Source: a virus
Lineage: Duplodnaviria > Caudoviricetes
Length of the DNA stretch: 52,738 nucleotides
IMG/VR virus record: IMGVR_UViG_3300031772_000048
Location: 1-52,738 of that record
Direction: 5' to 3' (one strand)
Shown: in pieces, positions 48,861 to 52,738 of the stretch
How the letters are laid out: the number at the start of each line of letters is the position of its first letter
Position numbering within the stretch: position 1 is the stretch's first letter
The notes under the pieces: model-generated
The model's database searches: none
What the model was told of the DNA's origin: nothing
What the model saw: the letters and a program-made list of their open reading frames with translations, nothing else
Position numbers and translations under genes: made by a program

Positions 48861-48914
48861 GGGAGGCTGGGGGAGACGCAAGTCTCGAAGTCCTTACTGG
48901 ACTCCTCCTATCCT
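48861..48914 (+). promoter_or_regulatory. Structured RNA element in the MCP leader
   Basis: GAGAC-GCAA-GTCTC and AGTCC-TTACT-GGACT hairpins enclosed by G-rich / CCTCCTATCC arms. Confidence 0.55.
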
Positions 48915-48967
48915 TTATACGTAAGTTTTTAAGCTGGTTAAACTGGCAAATTTTTCTAGGAGTCATA

Positions 48968-49981
48968 ATGAATATGTTCAGCAGCAAAGGCGAAGTAAAC
49001 GCCTCATCTTTTAAAGATGCACTACAGGCATTGGTTAAGTATGCCGCCATTCTCGAAGAGAATGTCCCATCCAATCAAGGTCTAGCTGGTCAAGCAGCAT
49101 TGAGTGATGAAAAGCGTGATGAATTGATTACTCGCGCTATCATGACTCAAGACGGAAAGATTGCACTTGCACAAGCAATGGCAAACCCAATCCGTAGAAA
49201 CTTGGATTACCATGGTATCGCACGTCGTGCCTTGGTTGTTGATCCACTTCCACAAGGTGCAATTCCAACTTACGATAGAGATATCGATGTTGCCGCAGTT
49301 GTTATCTCCTCCAACGGTACTGGCCCAGAGTCCAGAGTCTTTGGTGACAGAGTAGTTGTTCCAGAGTTCGAAATCTACGCGAACCCAACAGTTCGTATCG
49401 CAGAAGTCAAGCGTCGTAGATTTAATGTCATTGACAGAGCTGTTCAAAAGGCACGTCAGGAAATCATGGCTCAAGAAGATGCAAACATCTTTGCCGCCTT
49501 GGATGCCGCTGCCTCAGTTGAGAACACTCTCACTGATATCGCCGATGCAGGTTTGCTCAAGAGAGACCTCGTCGAAATCAAGCAACAAATTGACCGTTGG
49601 GACTTAGTAACCACTAAGTACTTCATGAACATCAACGAGTTCACTGACATCCTCAAGTGGGGATCTGGTGGTGGACAAGGCGTAGGCGGCGGTGATTTCG
49701 ATCCCGTAACCATGCGTGAAGTTCTACAGACCGGCTTGTATGCCCACATCTGGGGTACTGACATTATGGTCAGCAAGATCGTTCCACCAGGAACCATCTA
49801 CGGTGTAGCCGATCCTGAGTTCGTTGGTGTAATGCCAATCCGTCAGGACATCGAAGTTCTACCAGCAGACGAACCAAAGCAGCTTAAGTTGGGCTGGGTT
49901 GTTTCCGAAATCATCGGAATCGCCATTGTCAACCCACGTGGTTGTGCAGCAGGTCGTAAGTCAGTCGTCATCGGCGCCTAA
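48968..49981 (+). CDS. Major capsid protein (HK97 fold)
   Basis: 337 aa; RVVVPEFEIYANP, I.AQEDANIF..L, G.IWGTDI.VS..VP.GT.Y; SD AGGAG; strong codon bias; followed by a terminator. Confidence 0.85.
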   Translation: MNMFSSKGEVNASSFKDALQALVKYAAILEENVPSNQGLAGQAALSDEKRDELITRAIMTQDGKIALAQAMANPIRRNLDYHGIARRALVVDPLPQGAIPTYDRDIDVAAVVISSNGTGPESRVFGDRVVVPEFEIYANPTVRIAEVKRRRFNVIDRAVQKARQEIMAQEDANIFAALDAAASVENTLTDIADAGLLKRDLVEIKQQIDRWDLVTTKYFMNINEFTDILKWGSGGGQGVGGGDFDPVTMREVLQTGLYAHIWGTDIMVSKIVPPGTIYGVADPEFVGVMPIRQDIEVLPADEPKQLKLGWVVSEIIGIAIVNPRGCAAGRKSVVIGA

Positions 49982-50003
49982 TAAGCCTGATTGAGTAAGT
50001 TCC

Positions 50004-50043
50004 GAAATGGCCACTAGAGAAATCTAGTGGCCATTTCATTTTC
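50004..50043 (+). terminator. Intrinsic terminator after the MCP
   Basis: 15-bp stem GAAATGGCCACTAGA-GAAA-TCTAGTGGCCATTTC followed by ATTTT. Confidence 0.9.
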
Positions 50044-50055
50044 TGGCATACTAAT

Positions 50056-50604
50056 ATGGATACTAAAAAACTTCGTAAAGCTTACATGCAGATTATGCCT
50101 CATTTGAACAAGGCGTTAAAACACGTGCAATCCAAATTATCGGATGTGCCGCCATCAGATTTTGTGTTAGAAACAAATATGAAGCCTTATTCTAGCGTCA
50201 AACGCAAAATGTTGAATAATCATATTCACGATCCTATACAGCTACCCGATTTAGTAAGGGGTAGGCTCTTTTTTTCTAAAGACTATAATCCAAAAGAAGT
50301 TGTAAGTTTACTTAAAAAGATATTCGGGAAGAATATTACTAAAGCAAACAAAAAAGACACCAATGATTGTGGATTAAAATATCCAGGTGTTACTGATGTT
50401 AATTTAGATTGTGATGGTATCCAATTTGAATTACAGCTAATGCCTTTAGAATTCCAGCCACACCAAGAATTATCTCATCAAATTCATGATAAACTGCGTA
50501 GTGATAATGGGAAATTAACCGATAAGCAAAAAGAATTTTTGCGACATATGCACAATAAATTCTTCAAAGTTTTGGATGCTAAATCTAAGGCTTCCGACGA
50601 TTAA
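50056..50604 (+). CDS. RelA/SpoT-like nucleotidyltransferase (small alarmone synthetase-like), divergent
   Basis: K..SS..RK, DLVRGR, FELQL and ELSH motifs in RelA/SpoT order. Confidence 0.7.
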   Translation: MDTKKLRKAYMQIMPHLNKALKHVQSKLSDVPPSDFVLETNMKPYSSVKRKMLNNHIHDPIQLPDLVRGRLFFSKDYNPKEVVSLLKKIFGKNITKANKKDTNDCGLKYPGVTDVNLDCDGIQFELQLMPLEFQPHQELSHQIHDKLRSDNGKLTDKQKEFLRHMHNKFFKVLDAKSKASDD

Positions 50605-50814
50605 TGTCAATGTGCGCTCATCCTCAATTTCCTACCACCCATACTAATTGTATAAATTATCGAAAGGACGAGTCCTCCCCAGGGTCAGAATTTTTAGAGG
50701 GAGCTGTAAGATTCTTATAAGATGAAATGCCTTAAACTGAAAATAACGTGTCAAAATCGTAACCCGTGTAATAAAAAGGTATAATACTAGAAATCTATTC
50801 AAAGACAGAGGCAA

Positions 50815-51522
50815 ATGAGTTTGTTAGAAGTTACCGAGCTTTACAATTTGATTTCCAGGGGCTCTCAAAATGTGGGCGCCAGGAAACAGTCTATGCTACT
50901 TCGAAAAGAAGCTTTAGCGTCTGTGGAGTCAGGTCAAGGTTTCAATAAAATTGCTTTTGATACTCGTCTTATGGATCAAGAAACAGAATATAATCCACGC
51001 AGAGGTTTGCAAAACTACAATCGTAGTGAGGCTTTTCTTAGTGAGGCGCTTTCAAATAAAGTAAAAAGTTTTGCAAAACTTCGTAAAGTATTAAATCAAC
51101 TTAAAGATGTTTATGGTAAAGAGCACGAATGGCAAGACAGTAATGCTCGCGTTCTTTTAACTACGATAGATAGCGGTTTACGAACTATTGCACAAGATGA
51201 AAATTTTTCTGTTAATCAACCAGGTACCGGTAGCTTTGATTATATTGAAGAGCTATTGAATGTTAGATATCGTTTGACTGTTGATAACCTTACTAGTATG
51301 GGTGACGCCCAACTTAAGAATATCATTTTATCTAAAGATGAAGAATTAATTCGTAAAGATATGAAGCAGGCATTAGAAATTACTAAACAAGATGTAGCTA
51401 AACAAGGATACGATACGTTAATGGAAAAATTGTTTGATGGTTGTCGAGCTAGTGCGGAGAATCCAGATATTGAAAGAACTATTACTATTACCATCAGAGA
51501 CAGATTCAATAAAGAAGGCTAA
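50815..51522 (+). CDS. Hypothetical protein
   Basis: 235 aa; LRKEA and FNKIA motifs; SD GAGG. Confidence 0.7.
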   Translation: MSLLEVTELYNLISRGSQNVGARKQSMLLRKEALASVESGQGFNKIAFDTRLMDQETEYNPRRGLQNYNRSEAFLSEALSNKVKSFAKLRKVLNQLKDVYGKEHEWQDSNARVLLTTIDSGLRTIAQDENFSVNQPGTGSFDYIEELLNVRYRLTVDNLTSMGDAQLKNIILSKDEELIRKDMKQALEITKQDVAKQGYDTLMEKLFDGCRASAENPDIERTITITIRDRFNKEG

Positions 51523-51525
51523 GCC

Positions 51526-52269
51526 ATGAGTAGCGAGAGCGAATTTGGATATTCATTAAAATATAGTACCCATTTTATTGTCAAGAATATTACCGGGACT
51601 CCTGCCTCTACACTTCATTTAGTGGGAGATAATCCAGCCATCCCGCCTCCATATAGAAAAGCTCCATTTTATGTGTCTCCCAAGAAAACTATTAGCATTT
51701 TTCATTATCCGATTAATGCTGGACAAACTAGAGACTTAATGCAAATTCCAGGAGTACAAGAAGGAGATATTAGGTCTTCTCTTCTTAAAGGTGAAATTAG
51801 GCACAAATTTTTATGTGGAGATATTGAATTAGTATATAGTGATATTAATTTACTTCAGTTTAGTGATGAACAAAGAGCCTGGTTATACAGTTTTGGTTTT
51901 ACAGAAGGTGTTGCTATTGGATGCGATGAAATAGGAGATGATGCGATGGCTTGTATTGATGGCTATATCACTTCTCATCATCCTCCTGGCAGTTTGAATT
52001 ATGCTTGGAGAGAAAAAATTCCTCTTATTGGTTTAAAAAATGGTATTAATAGAACATTCTTTACACCTGATAAATTCATTAATGGATTGTATTTTGGAAA
52101 CCTTTTTCATCTTACGATTGAGCATAATGGAAAAGAACTATATGAAAATATAGACTATACTATTGGAGAGTCAGCGGGACCAGGTACCGGATATGATATG
52201 ATCAATCTAATATCATTTAGTCCAATTAGTGCAAGTTTACTTTATGCAACATATGTTGTTAAAATATAA
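51526..52269 (+). CDS. Putative virion structural protein
   Basis: C-terminal G.KNG.NR.F....NG.....DY...ES.G.GTG beta module. Confidence 0.6.
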   Translation: MSSESEFGYSLKYSTHFIVKNITGTPASTLHLVGDNPAIPPPYRKAPFYVSPKKTISIFHYPINAGQTRDLMQIPGVQEGDIRSSLLKGEIRHKFLCGDIELVYSDINLLQFSDEQRAWLYSFGFTEGVAIGCDEIGDDAMACIDGYITSHHPPGSLNYAWREKIPLIGLKNGINRTFFTPDKFINGLYFGNLFHLTIEHNGKELYENIDYTIGESAGPGTGYDMINLISFSPISASLLYATYVVKI

Positions 52270-52319
52270 TAATAAAGTCACATACTACTTAAGTACAACT
52301 TTATCGATAGGAACTTAAA

Positions 52320-52738
52320 ATGGGATTTTCTAGAAAAAATGCACTAAATCAGGCCTTAGATATAGCCGGCTCATTTACGCAAACTCAAACGTTAACTGAA
52401 GCTGAAGAATTCTCTGGTTACGGTGCCCCACTTACGGGCCAAACTGGTACAGGCGCTGCAATTACTACGGTACTTGCTGGCATTGCTACAGTTACAACTT
52501 TAACTGGTATGACACTGCAAAGTGTTGGTAATATGTTAACCATCTCCAACGCTGTCAACGCGGCTAACAATGGAACTTGGCTTATCGTTACTTTCAACTC
52601 TGCCACCTCGGTTGATATTTCTAATACCGCCGCTGTAGCCAGCGATCCTGGTCTTGCAGGCGGACTTTCTTGGACTGAAAGACAGCCTTACTGTTTAGAA
52701 GATGATATCAACTATACTCGTACGGATCGTAAAAAGAT
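52320..52738 (+). CDS. 3'-truncated Thr/Gly/Ala-rich virion protein
   Basis: SD AGGA, ATG 52320, MGFSRKNALNQALDIAGS... open to the window end. Confidence 0.75.
   Translation, partial: MGFSRKNALNQALDIAGSFTQTQTLTEAEEFSGYGAPLTGQTGTGAAITTVLAGIATVTTLTGMTLQSVGNMLTISNAVNAANNGTWLIVTFNSATSVDISNTAAVASDPGLAGGLSWTERQPYCLEDDINYTRTDRKK

Noticed and set aside
48850-48915. tRNA gene
   Set aside because: No T-loop GTTC or D-loop consensus, and the geometry does not fit a cloverleaf.
1-52738. Stop-codon reassignment, inteins or introns in dnaE, recA or the terminase
   Set aside because: Genes are full-length and densely packed under code 11, sizes are normal, and no intein-sized insertions or split conserved genes were seen.

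Overview
The window is a segment of a large tailed dsDNA phage genome (jumbo-like, AT-rich, standard genetic code, almost entirely + strand). About 1-14.2 kb is a replication, recombination and transcription module: DnaE-type Pol III alpha, RecA, gp32-like SSB, RuvC-like resolvase, DnaJ, a DnaG core and a sigma-region-4 HTH protein. About 14.4-52.7 kb is a greatly expanded head-morphogenesis region: terminase large subunit, portal, a 1225-aa prohead protease/scaffold, two decoration-like paralogs and the major capsid protein, interleaved with about 25 uncharacterised genes. The most striking signal is that these otherwise unrelated proteins share short motifs: hydrophobic-x-K-x-A/G (putative maturation cleavage site), an A-x-x-L/F-D-x-x-G helix (putative capsid-targeting signal), YFQGGGGVNEPTPG, D-x-N-D-A/ADD and LEV. 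This suggests a signal-coded capsid-cargo and processing system. Candidate cargo includes membrane-inserting proteins, a transglycosylase, a CCA/poly(A)-type nucleotidyltransferase with an altered template motif and a CX5R phosphatase. A recurring AATA-N6-(C/T)ATA promoter-like motif, nested in-frame starts in the protease gene, and a scaffold-domain paralog in the replication module were also seen. All assignments come from reading motifs by eye; no database searches were run.
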